A stretch of 49,498 nt of DNA from a virus (IMGVR_UViG_3300029839_000128), one strand, 5' to 3'. Shown: positions 1 through 9,089, counted from the first letter of the stretch. Numbers and translations: made by a program. The notes: generated from the sequence alone by a model not told the origin.

Positions 1-17
1 GCGCAGATAATATCCAT

Positions 18-227
18 ATGGCGGAGCGCATGGAGCAGTTGCTTAAATTGTTTGACTATGTGCCGGGGAGTTTAACAGATAAAGATCTGGAAATGGCGCT
101 GATGCACTATGATGGCGATGAGTCAAAGCCTTACTGTGATATTGTTTACTGGGGGCTGTTGGTGCTGCGAAAATATCTGAAGGTGAGGGATGAATGTGCC
201 GAGTGGCGAAAAAACTATGTTTTCTGA
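18..227 (+). CDS. hypothetical protein (may be 5'-truncated by window edge)
   Basis: The frame is open from the window start; the stop overlaps the start of the next gene, as in an operon. Confidence 0.6.
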   Translation: MAERMEQLLKLFDYVPGSLTDKDLEMALMHYDGDESKPYCDIVYWGLLVLRKYLKVRDECAEWRKNYVF

Positions 228-1053
228 AATGCGCCAGGGAATCCTGGTTGACGCTTCAAGAACATTCGATCTGAGCCAAATTGTAAATTCCGGCCAATGT
301 TTTCGTTTAGTAGAATATCCCCACCGCAATTATGTGGCTGTTACTGGGAATCACATGGTAGATATCTCTTACATAAGTTTAACAGACTCTTATCTTTTTC
401 GATGTTCGAGAAGGGATTTTGAAGATATCTGGTATCCTTATTTTGATTTTGATACCGATTATCGGATTTTTCAGGAGAAAATGCAGGGAGATCTGTTTTT
501 GAGGGATGCTATTCAGGCCGGAGGCGGCATTCGCATTCTCAAACAGGACATATGGGAGACAGTTATAACTTTTGTCATATCACAACGCAATAATATCCCA
601 CGGATTCGAGGTTCTGTGAACAAATTGTGTCAAGAGTACGGGACTTTGATTGGGTATGACCGGTTTAAGAATCCTCATTATAGTTTTCCAACTCCTGAGC
701 AGTTGCGTGGCAAGGATCTTTCTGTAGCGTCTTTGGGGTATCGTTGCAAGTATGTGGAGATGTTGACCCATTACAACGAAGGTTATTGGAAAGAACTGGT
801 TGAAATGAGTGACATTGAAGCAAAAGAGGCGCTTTTGAGTATCCATGGTGTAGGAGAGAAGGTAGCAAACTGTATTATGCTCTTTGGTTTGCACCGTATG
901 GACAGCTACCCCAGAGATGTGTGGATCAATCGACTGATCGACGATGTGTACCATGGGGACTTTGATGCCGGCAAATATGAGGGTTTTGCGGGGTATGTGC
1001 AGCAGCTTCAGTTTTATCACTACCGCAAGATTCAGAGAGGGGGTAAAGAATGA
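217..1053 (+). CDS. ogg: 8-oxoguanine DNA glycosylase/AP lyase (OGG, HhH-GPD superfamily)
   Basis: N-terminal FDLSQIVNSGQCFR (OGG_N-like); GIRILKQDIWET..FVISQRNNIPRI; HhH motif IHGVGEKVANC with catalytic Lys, then PRDVW with catalytic Asp. ATG at 217 is preferred over the track start of 190. Confidence 0.9.
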   Translation: MFSEMRQGILVDASRTFDLSQIVNSGQCFRLVEYPHRNYVAVTGNHMVDISYISLTDSYLFRCSRRDFEDIWYPYFDFDTDYRIFQEKMQGDLFLRDAIQAGGGIRILKQDIWETVITFVISQRNNIPRIRGSVNKLCQEYGTLIGYDRFKNPHYSFPTPEQLRGKDLSVASLGYRCKYVEMLTHYNEGYWKELVEMSDIEAKEALLSIHGVGEKVANCIMLFGLHRMDSYPRDVWINRLIDDVYHGDFDAGKYEGFAGYVQQLQFYHYRKIQRGGKE

Positions 1054-2273
1054 TTGTAAAAGTATGTGATATGATTATGGGAGCCGGCAAAACTGAAAGT
1101 GCGATTACACAAATGAGCCGAGATATCGAAAGTCGATATATTTTTATTACTCCTTATTTGGATGAAGTAGAGCGAATTAAACAGAGTTGTCCTAATCGGG
1201 AGTTCCACGATCCTTGCAATAAAGGCGATGGTAAATTAGAGGATCTTCATGTGTTGCTACGGGCTGGTGTTAATGTTGCCAGTACGCACGCACTGTTCAA
1301 GACATATAACGATACTACAAAAGAGTTGATCCGAGAGGGTAAATACAAGCTGATTTTGGATGAAGTTGCAGAGGTTGTAAAAATCCAGGAAGTTTCTAAG
1401 GATGATATTGAACTGCTTCTGAATGACAAAATGATTGTTGTGGGGAAAGATGGTCGTGTTAGGTGGAATAACGAAGAATATGACGGTGCATTTCGGGAGT
1501 TGAGAGATCAAATTCTGACCGGCCATGTAATTATGTATCACGGGTGCCTGATGTTATGGGAATTTCCCATTGAAGTATTTACGGCATTTCACGATGTAAT
1601 CGTGTTGACTTATATGTTTGATGCTCAGATCCAGAAGTATTATTTTGACATGAATCATGTGGAAATACAGCGCATTGGCACTGTATTTGATCGTGGAGAG
1701 TATCATTTTTGCGACTATACCGGCGTGCCGGAGTATGTGTATACACTTCCTGAGCGTATTCATATTCTGGAAGATGAGAAGTTGAATGGGATCGGAGACT
1801 CTTACACCAGCCTTTCTTCATCCTGGTATGGAAGAGCGAAGAGCACAAAGCAGAAGCCTTTGCTGAAACAGCTAAAAAATAATCTGACTAATGTATTTAT
1901 TAACAAATTTGCTTCACCTACCAGCCAAAATCTATGGACTACATTTAAGGATTATCGGGAAGTGTTGAAAGGTAAAGGGTATACAAAGGGATTTTTGTCC
2001 TACAACATTCGGGCGACAAATGATTACCGCGATCGTGACCACCTGGCCTATTGTGTGAATGTGTTCTATAACCCCATTCTGAAAAACTACTTTGTGGATC
2101 ATGGAGTAGAAATTCAGGAAGAGCGCTACGCACTAAGCGAGATGATTCAGTGGATCTGGAGATCAGCAATTAGAGACGGTAAGGAAATTTGGATCTACAT
2201 TCCAAGCCGGAGAATGCGGGAACTGCTGCAGGAGTGGTTGGCGGATTTATCTACTCCCGTTAGCAACACATAA
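1050..2273 (+). CDS. SF2-type helicase-like P-loop ATPase (phage)
   Basis: Walker A DMIMGAGKT, motif Ia FITPYLDE, Walker B LILDE and C-terminal QWIWRSAIRDG. Start overlaps the upstream stop (ATGA). Confidence 0.75.
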   Translation: MIVKVCDMIMGAGKTESAITQMSRDIESRYIFITPYLDEVERIKQSCPNREFHDPCNKGDGKLEDLHVLLRAGVNVASTHALFKTYNDTTKELIREGKYKLILDEVAEVVKIQEVSKDDIELLLNDKMIVVGKDGRVRWNNEEYDGAFRELRDQILTGHVIMYHGCLMLWEFPIEVFTAFHDVIVLTYMFDAQIQKYYFDMNHVEIQRIGTVFDRGEYHFCDYTGVPEYVYTLPERIHILEDEKLNGIGDSYTSLSSSWYGRAKSTKQKPLLKQLKNNLTNVFINKFASPTSQNLWTTFKDYREVLKGKGYTKGFLSYNIRATNDYRDRDHLAYCVNVFYNPILKNYFVDHGVEIQEERYALSEMIQWIWRSAIRDGKEIWIYIPSRRMRELLQEWLADLSTPVSNT

Positions 2274-2284
2274 AATTATCGGAG

Positions 2285-2482
2285 GTGATAGCAGTGCGCG
2301 ACCCAAAAAGAATTGGCCTGTTTTGTGACCGATTGAAAGCAGTATGGGCGACCAACCCCGATTTGCGCTTTGGTCAGTTGGTTGCGATGCTTCAATCAGC
2401 AGGAGGAGATTTATTCTATCTGGAAGACGATACGGTTTTGCAACTGATTGAACAGAAGATTGGACGGGAAGTTAATGGATAA
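2285..2482 (+). CDS. small hypothetical protein (RDPKRI...W...PDLRFGQL, DUF1040-like)
   Basis: GGAGG RBS; the RDPxRI / WxxxPDLRFGQL pattern is common in small phage proteins. The true start may be the GTG at 2294. Confidence 0.65.
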   Translation: MIAVRDPKRIGLFCDRLKAVWATNPDLRFGQLVAMLQSAGGDLFYLEDDTVLQLIEQKIGREVNG

Positions 2483-2783
2483 TTTCAAAGAGACGGCTTG
2501 GGATCACATTTCAGGTGAAAAAACGGCTACATTTTCAACTTCTGAGAAAAAGTGGATCAGGTTGATTGAACGACTAAAAGAAGAGTACCCGGATGAGGTT
2601 GATATTCGCCATGTCAATCAGGATGGCAGCATTTACGTTCACCTGCCGGCTGATTGGATGAGGATTAGACCTAAGAAGAAGAGCAACCTCACGCCGGAGC
2701 AGATTGCAGCGTCCACAGCGAGACTTGAATTGGCAAGACAGAAACGGTTGGAAGATTTGAGGCAAGCTGGAGTGGCGGAATAA
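2475..2783 (+). CDS. hypothetical protein
   Basis: ORF in operon order; ATG at 2475 overlaps the upstream stop. Confidence 0.7.
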   Translation: MDNFKETAWDHISGEKTATFSTSEKKWIRLIERLKEEYPDEVDIRHVNQDGSIYVHLPADWMRIRPKKKSNLTPEQIAASTARLELARQKRLEDLRQAGVAE

Positions 2784-2800
2784 AGGAAAGGAGGACAGCG

Positions 2801-2992
2801 ATGGACGCCACGCGAAAAGAGTGTATTTGGTTTGAGCAATGTGGTTCTGATTGCCCAGGGCGTTGCCCGGATTTCTCGCCGTTGGATGAAACGGAGAATA
2901 CAGAAAACTATTATCATAACATTCTGAGAGAAAATACCGAGGAATACCAGAGCATGATCAAAGAGTATTCCCATGGAGGTGAGGCACCGTGA
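2801..2992 (+). CDS. small Cys-rich hypothetical protein
   Basis: Strong RBS AAGGAGG; four Cys in CIWFEQCGSDCPGRC. Confidence 0.7.
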   Translation: MDATRKECIWFEQCGSDCPGRCPDFSPLDETENTENYYHNILRENTEEYQSMIKEYSHGGEAP

Positions 2993-3324
2993 ATCGCGAG
3001 CAAAGACGGGCGCTGAAACGTAAGCATAAGGATATCCGGGCAGAGTTTGCTGATAAACTGAACAGGATGTCCAAAGAGATCGATAATCCTTTGCGTGATG
3101 GGGATCGGGTGCGTTTGGATGTTGACCGAATTACCGGTAGATCTGATTATGCGCATACCCAGCAATCGTACCGGGATTTTGTAGAGAGTAGCAGGGAGAA
3201 AGTCTTTACTGTTCGTTTATACCGCAAGAGGGAAGACGGGTTTTCTGCTCTTGCAGAATTGGTCGATGTTCCGAATTGGATTTTTTGGCACGGCGATCTA
3301 ATTCGCGTAGAGGAAGGGGCGTAA
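2989..3324 (+). CDS. hypothetical protein
   Basis: RBS GGAGGTGAGG, GTG start overlapping the previous stop, MNREQRR N-terminus. Confidence 0.7.
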   Translation: MNREQRRALKRKHKDIRAEFADKLNRMSKEIDNPLRDGDRVRLDVDRITGRSDYAHTQQSYRDFVESSREKVFTVRLYRKREDGFSALAELVDVPNWIFWHGDLIRVEEGA

Positions 3325-3328
3325 TCCT

Positions 3329-6148
3329 ATCAATAACTCAGTTTATATCGTATCTGCAGATGCGAAAGATTTGTTTTTGACTAATTATTCTAATGCCAAC
3401 TGTACCGGATATAGCGTCCGGTACAATGGCGGGGAAAACCGGGGTGAGTTTAACACTAAGCGTTTTTTGAACACTCTGGATTACAGTCTTGATTTGATTA
3501 AGCTACGCGAGGTATATGAGAAGGTATATCGACGCATGGACTTCACATTTAGTAAACATGGCAAGGAGTATTGCCGCCGTGTGATCAATGTAACCTTCAA
3601 ATACAGTGTAAAGGAGTACAATCGGTTCTTTGATAAGACTTATATCAAGTTTGGATATTTGCCGGATGACGTGACTTTAACCGACAATGTTTGCATGAAA
3701 GATGGGGAGCTGATTGCTATTCGTGTAGATGAGCCTGTGGATAATCCGCTCTCGGCTTCTGCACTTGGAGATCTGTTTGTATTTGACAATGGGGCATATA
3801 GGCTTGGTAAGAGTATGAAGGTACTCTTTACTGTAGCGCAGTTGCGTGAAAAGTTGTATCAAGATGGATTTGTATGTGACGGGATCTTCTTCCGCCGCTT
3901 TAAGCGCTCCTCTGGCAGCAGCCGTGTTGGTAAATGCCTGTTTATCGACGATCAGCTGTATAGCCGAATGCACCGGTGGGAGATGTGCGGCCTGCGGGTG
4001 AAAGAGGGGCAGGAGGTGGATTTGGCAGCGCTGGAAGCCTATATTGCTCTGACACTGAGCAGTATTGTAGGTACGATCCCATTGCGGCCTGAAAACTTTT
4101 TGGTCATCAAGGATTATACCAGTGTGTTTCAGGATCGCGTGGTAGCATCACGCATTGGCGAAGACGGCTGGCTGAAATCGGAACCGGAGACAGTGAATGT
4201 GGAAAACAGCATTTGGGACGGCCAATCGCTGATCGACAAGAGCGCCATGGGCAGTTACGGAATGTACGGTATGATTTTGCTGCGCAACCGGTTTTTCAAA
4301 TCGGCTTGTTTTAACACAAACATTCGACTCTTTTTTGAGGATCGGGGTATCACTGATGTTTCGCAGCTGAACGGATTTACTCTGGCAAAGTCTCTTGACG
4401 ACATCAAGATCATTACGACGCCCAGCAGCATCAAATATTTGAAATTCGGCACTCTGGAAGACTGGTTACGGCTGTTGGACGAAGACGGTAACTTTGGAGT
4501 TGTGAAGCATGAGAAGCCCACTCACTTCTTTGACGGGCGTATGGTTCAGATCCACTATCAGCTGCTTAATACGCTGCAGATGTCTCAGGAAGAGGTAGAT
4601 CTGCTTGTGAAGCCGTCACTGGACTATCTGCGGATGATCCAAACCGACCCGGCAGTGCTGCGGTATCATATCCGGTATTCCGGTGAAGAGGAGCCGATTA
4701 GCGCGGTATCCACTACTAACGATGTGGTGTATCAGATGCTTGGCGTATCTGATAAGTTCTCTCAAACTAAACTCTATTATGAGTTTAAGCAGGATGTGTC
4801 CGAGTCTTTCAAAAAGGCTTTACGGCGTGGTCATATTTTGGTAGACGGCAATTACTCCACATTGCTGGGAAACCCTGCCGAAATGTTGATGGAAGCTATC
4901 GGAAAGTTTGACGGCACCAGTCAGATCGGCGTAGGCAATATTCACAGCAAGCGGTTTAGCTTTAACCAAACCATTCTTGGCTCCCGTAGTCCCCATGTGA
5001 CCATGGGAAATGTGTTACTGACTAAAAACCGCAGAAATGAGGCAATCGAGCGTTATTTTAACCTAACAAACGAGATCGTCTGCATTAACAGTATTGGTGA
5101 AAATATTTTGATGCGGCTCTCCGGTGCGGACTTTGACTCGGATACCATGCTGCTGACCGACAACCCTATTCTGGTGCGGGCGGCAGAGCGGAACTATGAG
5201 CGCTTTTTGGTGCCTACCAGTATGGTGGAGGCTAAGAAAGTGGTACGTCACTATACCAAGGCGGAGCAGGCCGACCTGGACATTAAAACCTCTGTCAACA
5301 AGATTGGCGAAATCGTAAACCTGTCCCAAGAGCTGAATACCAAGCTGTGGGATGAGCTGAACGGCGGTAAGACCTATGAAGAGGTGGAAGAGTTATACTG
5401 CGACATTGCCAAGCTGGATGTTTTAAGCGGCATTGAGATTGACAAGGCTAAACGTGAGTTCGCGGTGGACAGTGTGGCTGAGATTAAAGCGCTGAAACGG
5501 AAGTATGAGGCTAAGGATGATGATGGCCGGCAGATCAAGCCCAACTTTTTTGGTAAGATTGCTCGGATGAAGGGCTATTATGACAGCGAGCGCAAAAACT
5601 ATAAGTTCCATGACACAACTATGGACTATTTGCAGCATAGTCTGAATGCTTTCCGTGTAGAAAGGCGACAGAACATTTTTATTCCGTTTTCTGAACTGTT
5701 AGTATCTGGGGAAGATTATTCTAACCGTAGTGTAAAATATCCGCAGGTAGACCGTATTCTGGCGCTGGTGAGAAATATGCGGGCACAGATCCAAGCGGTT
5801 TGGAACAATACGGATGACGGGCTGGACAATAAGAGCAAGGCAATGCTGGTAGCGGAAGTCCGGGAGGAATGTTATAGCTATATCAAGTCGATCCAGTTGA
5901 GCCGTCACACAGCCTACCGATTGCTGCTGGCAATCGAAGATCCGGCAAACAAAGACATCTCTCGCAGCTTGTTCTATATGCTTTTTACACTGCCTAACGA
6001 CAGTTTTATAGAGTTGATCGAAGAGAGCAGGACGCCTATTTCGGTACTGACAGAGGATGAAAACGCAGCTGGTAGTATTGAGATTTATGGATTCCGGTTT
6101 CGCAAAGACTCGTCGATTCCACCGATTATGAACGGGGTTATTTATTGA
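3329..6148 (+). CDS. yonO: YonO-like single-subunit (two-barrel, RdRP-related) DNA-dependent RNA polymerase
   Basis: Motifs KRSSGSSRVGK, IWDGQSLI, RSPH, RLSGADFDSD (DxDxD at 5129-5143), IGEIVN and IDKAK. It lies upstream of a YonK/YonJ/HU/terminase block as in SPbeta. The track start is TTG 3371, but the frame extends to ATC 3329 behind an RBS. Confidence 0.85.
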   Translation: MNNSVYIVSADAKDLFLTNYSNANCTGYSVRYNGGENRGEFNTKRFLNTLDYSLDLIKLREVYEKVYRRMDFTFSKHGKEYCRRVINVTFKYSVKEYNRFFDKTYIKFGYLPDDVTLTDNVCMKDGELIAIRVDEPVDNPLSASALGDLFVFDNGAYRLGKSMKVLFTVAQLREKLYQDGFVCDGIFFRRFKRSSGSSRVGKCLFIDDQLYSRMHRWEMCGLRVKEGQEVDLAALEAYIALTLSSIVGTIPLRPENFLVIKDYTSVFQDRVVASRIGEDGWLKSEPETVNVENSIWDGQSLIDKSAMGSYGMYGMILLRNRFFKSACFNTNIRLFFEDRGITDVSQLNGFTLAKSLDDIKIITTPSSIKYLKFGTLEDWLRLLDEDGNFGVVKHEKPTHFFDGRMVQIHYQLLNTLQMSQEEVDLLVKPSLDYLRMIQTDPAVLRYHIRYSGEEEPISAVSTTNDVVYQMLGVSDKFSQTKLYYEFKQDVSESFKKALRRGHILVDGNYSTLLGNPAEMLMEAIGKFDGTSQIGVGNIHSKRFSFNQTILGSRSPHVTMGNVLLTKNRRNEAIERYFNLTNEIVCINSIGENILMRLSGADFDSDTMLLTDNPILVRAAERNYERFLVPTSMVEAKKVVRHYTKAEQADLDIKTSVNKIGEIVNLSQELNTKLWDELNGGKTYEEVEELYCDIAKLDVLSGIEIDKAKREFAVDSVAEIKALKRKYEAKDDDGRQIKPNFFGKIARMKGYYDSERKNYKFHDTTMDYLQHSLNAFRVERRQNIFIPFSELLVSGEDYSNRSVKYPQVDRILALVRNMRAQIQAVWNNTDDGLDNKSKAMLVAEVREECYSYIKSIQLSRHTAYRLLLAIEDPANKDISRSLFYMLFTLPNDSFIELIEESRTPISVLTEDENAAGSIEIYGFRFRKDSSIPPIMNGVIY

Positions 6149-6301
6149 AAATACACAAAAATAGCCTAAAAATGGTCGAAAAATTCTGAATTGAGTTGTA
6201 CAAACCGACGAAGATTTACGGGGTTACAAGATTTGACTTTTCTCCGATTTAGGATAGAAGTGAATATACTATCCTAATTTATATGAAAAGGATGAATTTT
6301 T

Positions 6302-6535
6302 GTGATCCCTATTACCAAGGAAGAGAAAGACCTGTTGGTCAAGTTGTTTCCCCGTCAGAAGTTTCCCAGAACTATGAAGCAAGACTCTAAGCGGCATCAT
6401 TATTTCTGCACTGAAAGTGAGGAGCTTATGCGGGCTATTGCCCATAGCAATTCTCAAGCGGCGCAGTTCGTTAAAGAGGCTGATCAGCGCAAGGAGTTGC
6501 GTGAGGCGAGAAAGAAGTATTTTGGTGATCGCTGA
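6302..6535 (+). CDS. hypothetical protein
   Basis: RBS AAAGGATG, GTG start, stop overlaps the next start. Confidence 0.7.
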   Translation: MIPITKEEKDLLVKLFPRQKFPRTMKQDSKRHHYFCTESEELMRAIAHSNSQAAQFVKEADQRKELREARKKYFGDR

Positions 6536-6729
6536 TGGCTTTCACGGAGAAACGCGAACAGTACAAAAATGCGGTTCTTGACCTCTCCGATAACACGCTG
6601 ACCGAGTTTGAGCGCGACGATGTGCGCGTTTACAGTATCGAAGAGATTTTGAAACGCTGGGATGGCGTGCCTGGTATTGTACTGACGATCGAACGGCGGG
6701 TAGGTCTTCCGCCGATAGAAGAGAGGTGA
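6535..6729 (+). CDS. YonK-like small protein
   Basis: 64 aa; the pattern LDLSDNTLTE..YSIEEILKRWDG..LTIE..LP resembles SPbeta YonK as I recall it. Its position just before a YonJ-like phosphoesterase matches. Confidence 0.6.
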   Translation: MAFTEKREQYKNAVLDLSDNTLTEFERDDVRVYSIEEILKRWDGVPGIVLTIERRVGLPPIEER

Positions 6730-7964
6730 AACCATTCGTGAACCCCAAATATGAACGAAAAGAAGGAGAAACAGATTTTGAATACGGTTTGCGCCTAATT
6801 GAGATCAAAGTTGAACAAAAACCCGACGATTTGGATTGGGAAGACATTGTTGAAGCGGCTGGCTTAGATTGTCACCGAGATAGTCTGCGTAAAGCGGCAT
6901 CCGTTACTCCTTATTCGGGATATGCCGTGGCGCAGTATTTCAAACGCAAGTTTGCAGGGGAAGGGAAGCCCGACCAAGAGGAATACTTGGGTGAGCTTGA
7001 TTTTAAGATCATGCAAATGCGTAAGGAAACAAAGCGTTTTTATGATCAGCGGCGCGAGTTCAACAAGTTAGTAGACCGGATTGGTCGCGAAGAAAATCTG
7101 GAAGACCGACTGGTGGATGCGGCGGTTGCGTTGAATGAGCAAATTCCGCTACGCATGGATAAAGGCGTGTGTTATACATACGACGATAATGAAGCCATTC
7201 TGGTGTTTGCGGATTGGCACTACGGCATGAAGACAGACAATATCTGGGAGAAATATAATACTGAAATCTGTCGAAATCGTGTAGAGCGTCTGGTTGCCAT
7301 GGCGATTGAGCGTATTCGGTTACATAAGTGCCGTCGGTTGCACATTCTTCTATTGGGCGATATGGCCCACGGTGCTATCCACACCAGCGCCAGAGTTGCT
7401 TCGGAAGAGTTGGTATGCGATCAGGTGATGCAGGTTTCGGAAATTATCGCTCAGGCAGTGAATGCTTTGGCCGATGAGGTGGAAGAGACGGTAGTTCATG
7501 CCACCTATGGAAACCATTTGCGAACCGTTCAAAATAAGAATGACAGTATTCATGCAGACAATATGGAGCGCCTGATTCCTTGGTGGCTGGAGCAGCGTCT
7601 TGGGAGCCGGAATGATGTGATTTTCCCGGAGGCGGAATACTATGAGTTTCTGTATTTTAATGTCTGTGGGTACAAAATTTGCGCCACGCATGGAGATCTG
7701 GACAATGTGAAGAGCGCAGGTCGCACACTGAATACATTATTTGTGAAGAAATATGGCTCTGAGATTGACTATGTGATTCTTGCCGATAAACACCACAAAG
7801 AAGAATTTGAGGAGCTTGGTATTGAAAGCATGGTTGTTAGGAGTTTGTGCGGCACGGACGAATATGCTAACGGAAAGCGTTTGTATTCGACGCCCGGACA
7901 GCTAATGATGGTATTTAAGCCCGGAATGGGTGCGGATGCCTGTTACCAGATCAAATTGAATTGA
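6726..7964 (+). CDS. calcineurin-like metallophosphoesterase (YonJ-like) with N-terminal helical region
   Basis: Motifs ADWHYG, LGDMAHG, YGNH, THGD and ADKHH (variant of GHxH). The probable start is GTG 6738 after GAGGTG. Confidence 0.8.
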   Translation: MKPFVNPKYERKEGETDFEYGLRLIEIKVEQKPDDLDWEDIVEAAGLDCHRDSLRKAASVTPYSGYAVAQYFKRKFAGEGKPDQEEYLGELDFKIMQMRKETKRFYDQRREFNKLVDRIGREENLEDRLVDAAVALNEQIPLRMDKGVCYTYDDNEAILVFADWHYGMKTDNIWEKYNTEICRNRVERLVAMAIERIRLHKCRRLHILLLGDMAHGAIHTSARVASEELVCDQVMQVSEIIAQAVNALADEVEETVVHATYGNHLRTVQNKNDSIHADNMERLIPWWLEQRLGSRNDVIFPEAEYYEFLYFNVCGYKICATHGDLDNVKSAGRTLNTLFVKKYGSEIDYVILADKHHKEEFEELGIESMVVRSLCGTDEYANGKRLYSTPGQLMMVFKPGMGADACYQIKLN

Positions 7965-7980
7965 ACAGGAGCGATAGCGT

Positions 7981-8295
7981 GTGATCAAAAGCGATTTGGT
8001 CAATGCTCTGGCTGAGATGGATTACTGCAAGAACCAGGTGGGTGAAGTAATTAGCGATATTTTCAGGGTGATTGCAGAGGCACTTGTGGAAGGAGAAAAG
8101 GTCACGATTCGTGGCTTTGGAACTTTTGAGGTGAAAACGAGAAAAGGGCATCTGGTTCAGGATGCCCATACTAAGCAGAAGAAAATGATGGATGATTACC
8201 AGACGATAGTTTTTAAGCCTGGTGATAATCTGAAAGATGCTGTGAAGTATCGCGACGCCGATAGGCTTACTCTTCTGTCCAGAGCAGAAAAATAA
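7981..8295 (+). CDS. hup: HU-family histone-like DNA-binding protein
   Basis: MIKSDLVNALAE, VTIRGFGTFEVKTRKG and FKPGDNLKDAV signatures. Confidence 0.92.
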   Translation: MIKSDLVNALAEMDYCKNQVGEVISDIFRVIAEALVEGEKVTIRGFGTFEVKTRKGHLVQDAHTKQKKMMDDYQTIVFKPGDNLKDAVKYRDADRLTLLSRAEK

Positions 8296-8319
8296 AATGA
8301 AAAATTTAATGAGTTGCTA

Positions 8320-8348
8320 TTGACAATGAGAGAAAGCTGTGGTATAGT
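8320..8348 (+). promoter_or_regulatory. sigmaA/sigma70 promoter driving the RNA operon
   Basis: TTGACA (8320-8325), 17-nt spacer, TATAGT (8343-8348), an extended -10 TG and an A/T-rich upstream (UP-like) tract. Confidence 0.85.
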
Positions 8349-8427
8349 ATGAACATAGCAACGCATTAAAACATTTGTTGGTGAAGTACAGGATAAAATA
8401 AATTGTTTTGTTTACCAACTATGGACT

Positions 8428-8442
8428 TGTTCTTTGAAAACT
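8428..8442 (+). promoter_or_regulatory. rrn-type boxA antitermination element
   Basis: TGTTCTTTGAAAACT matches the Firmicutes rRNA-operon boxA and lies ~75 nt after the predicted TSS. Confidence 0.65.
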
Positions 8443-9076
8443 CAATCTTTCAATCATGCTTATTACTAACTCAGTGAACAAAGTGTGTCAGCGCTCTGAG
8501 GTATGGGGTAATTTCAGTCTGATCTGCGAGGGATACCTTTCAGGGAGGGCTGCTGCTGTGTAGCGATACATGGTGGGTAGGCGGAAACCGCCAAGAAAAA
8601 CTTATAGCGCCAAGAGTTGTCGCTTTGTAATGCACAGAACTTTCGGGCGAAACAATAGACGCTCCTGTGGAGAATAAGCCTTTGGGATTACGGTGTGGCA
8701 GCTGTAACGACGGAGGTAAAGCCAATAATTCGCTCCTGTCTTGATGTCGGAGAAATCCGGCTATAACGAAAGTCGCTGGTTAGAGTAGCCGTAGGACAGA
8801 GAGAAGATGATCTTTTTATAATGCAAATTGGATTGCGTTTTGTAAAAGTAAAATTTCTGAACGAACGGTGAAATTTACGGGTAGGCAATCCCGTGCGGGA
8901 ATAAGCGGACATAGAGCCGTGTAGGAGACTGGAACATCTCTGGGGTAAGAAGTTAGGGGTCGCGCCCCGAAGCTCAGACTTATCTTCCCGGTGGCAGAAA
9001 AACGAAGAAGGCAATGGAGGTAGGGTGAAGATCCAGTAATAAGTATGATTGAGAGATTGAGTTTTTCAAAGCAACA
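8428..9076 (+). ncRNA. large structured ncRNA (~570 nt core in a 40-bp terminal stem), ROOL-like candidate
   Basis: 8428-8467 pairs with 9035-9076 (40 bp, 2 G-U, 2 bulges). There is no + strand ORF in the track and there are many internal hairpins. It sits between a strong promoter and a tRNA array. The family name is by size and context only. Confidence 0.7.
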
Positions 9077-9089
9077 CATAAAAAGATTT

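Noticed and set aside
8428..9076. rRNA gene, or MITE/IS with terminal inverted repeats
   Set aside because: There are no 16S/23S/5S signature sequences, no transposase and no evident target-site duplication. The arm differences are G-U compatible, which favours an RNA stem.
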